From: Catajapyx aquilonaris
Taxonomy: Eukaryota
Length of the DNA stretch: 20,000 bases
Reading direction: 5' to 3'
NCBI GenBank assembly: GCA_000934665.2
Contig: KZ538001.1
Location: 168,103-188,102 of the forward strand
Below are positions 19,549 to 20,000 of this stretch, one piece after another; position 1 is the first letter of the stretch, and each line of letters begins with the position of its first letter. The notes under the pieces were generated by a model. It saw nothing but the letters and a program-made list of their open reading frames with translations, was not told the DNA's origin and searched no databases. Made by a program: the position numbers and the translations under genes.

Positions 19549-20000
19549 GGTTTTGCACAGACTTTGATCAATCAGTACCTAACTGAAGCTGCCCTGAGTT
19601 CCGATATCACCTATATGCTCACTTTTTTATTTTCGAATAATTAAATCAACCTCGAGTTGGTGAAATATTCAGAGGAAGATTGTCTGTACAACATATTAAA
19701 ATTTTGAACATTTTAATGTGGTTGTTTGAGTGATGTAGTGACACAAACTGCACTTCCGGCGAGAAACAATGACACAGTGTAGGATTTTTTATGTCCTTCC
19801 CCGCTCAACCTCTCGGATGGAGATGCACGGCATGAGACGGGGCATGAGTGGAGCTATCATGTGGTACCCATTGCATATTTTTAGTCCCAATAGGCGCCTG
19901 ACAGTGACGGCGCAAAGATAGTCGGAATCCCCATAAGGCGCCATGTTAATTTCGCCTTCCCGCCTCCCTTTTGCCCTGAGTCACGTGACCCCCCCCCCCC
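18887..20000. repeat. About 1.1-kb palindrome: two ~445-bp inverted copies around inverted (AAT)n/(ATT)n tracts, running off the window end
   Basis: 18887-19336 is the reverse complement of 19545 to about 19995 with roughly 20 differences counted by eye. Confidence 0.95.
19339..19546. repeat. Compound microsatellite (AAT)n-(AGC)n-(ATT)n
   Basis: Read directly; orientation flips at about 19471-19476. Confidence 0.97.

Noticed and set aside
15153..19571. Poly-Tyr/Ile/Leu ORFs (15153, 19238, 19338)
   Set aside because: Translations of (AAT)n microsatellites
18887..20000. Hammerhead ribozyme in the palindrome arms, expected if Penelope-like
   Set aside because: No CUGANGA...GAAA core with flanking stems found by eye on either strand

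Overview
Eukaryotic (arthropod-like, probably non-insect) genomic DNA. Bases 1361-8310 (+) hold the 3' part of an intron-rich nephrin/sticks-and-stones (sns)-family gene: 8 Ig domains, one FN3, a transmembrane segment and a Tyr/Pro-rich tail ending in EGHLV. The signal peptide and first Ig domain lie upstream of the window. The most striking feature is two tandem, paralogous, phase-1/phase-1 transmembrane exons (6575-6742 and 6793-6963) separated by a 50-nt intron, a Dscam-exon-17-like mutually exclusive arrangement. They are preceded by an intron carrying three TGCATG (Rbfox) motifs and an intronic AATAAA, and the two exons encode biochemically different stalks and juxtamembrane segments. A tRNA-Gln-derived element with an 8-nt anticodon loop sits in a downstream intron. 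The rest of the window is repeat-rich: several MITEs/fold-back elements with identifiable TIRs and TSDs, three tRNA-derived SINEs, a minisatellite ending in a hairpin, a decayed minus-strand multi-exon ORF, and a ~1.1-kb palindrome built around inverted (AAT)n tracts. All calls were read by eye; no searches were run.
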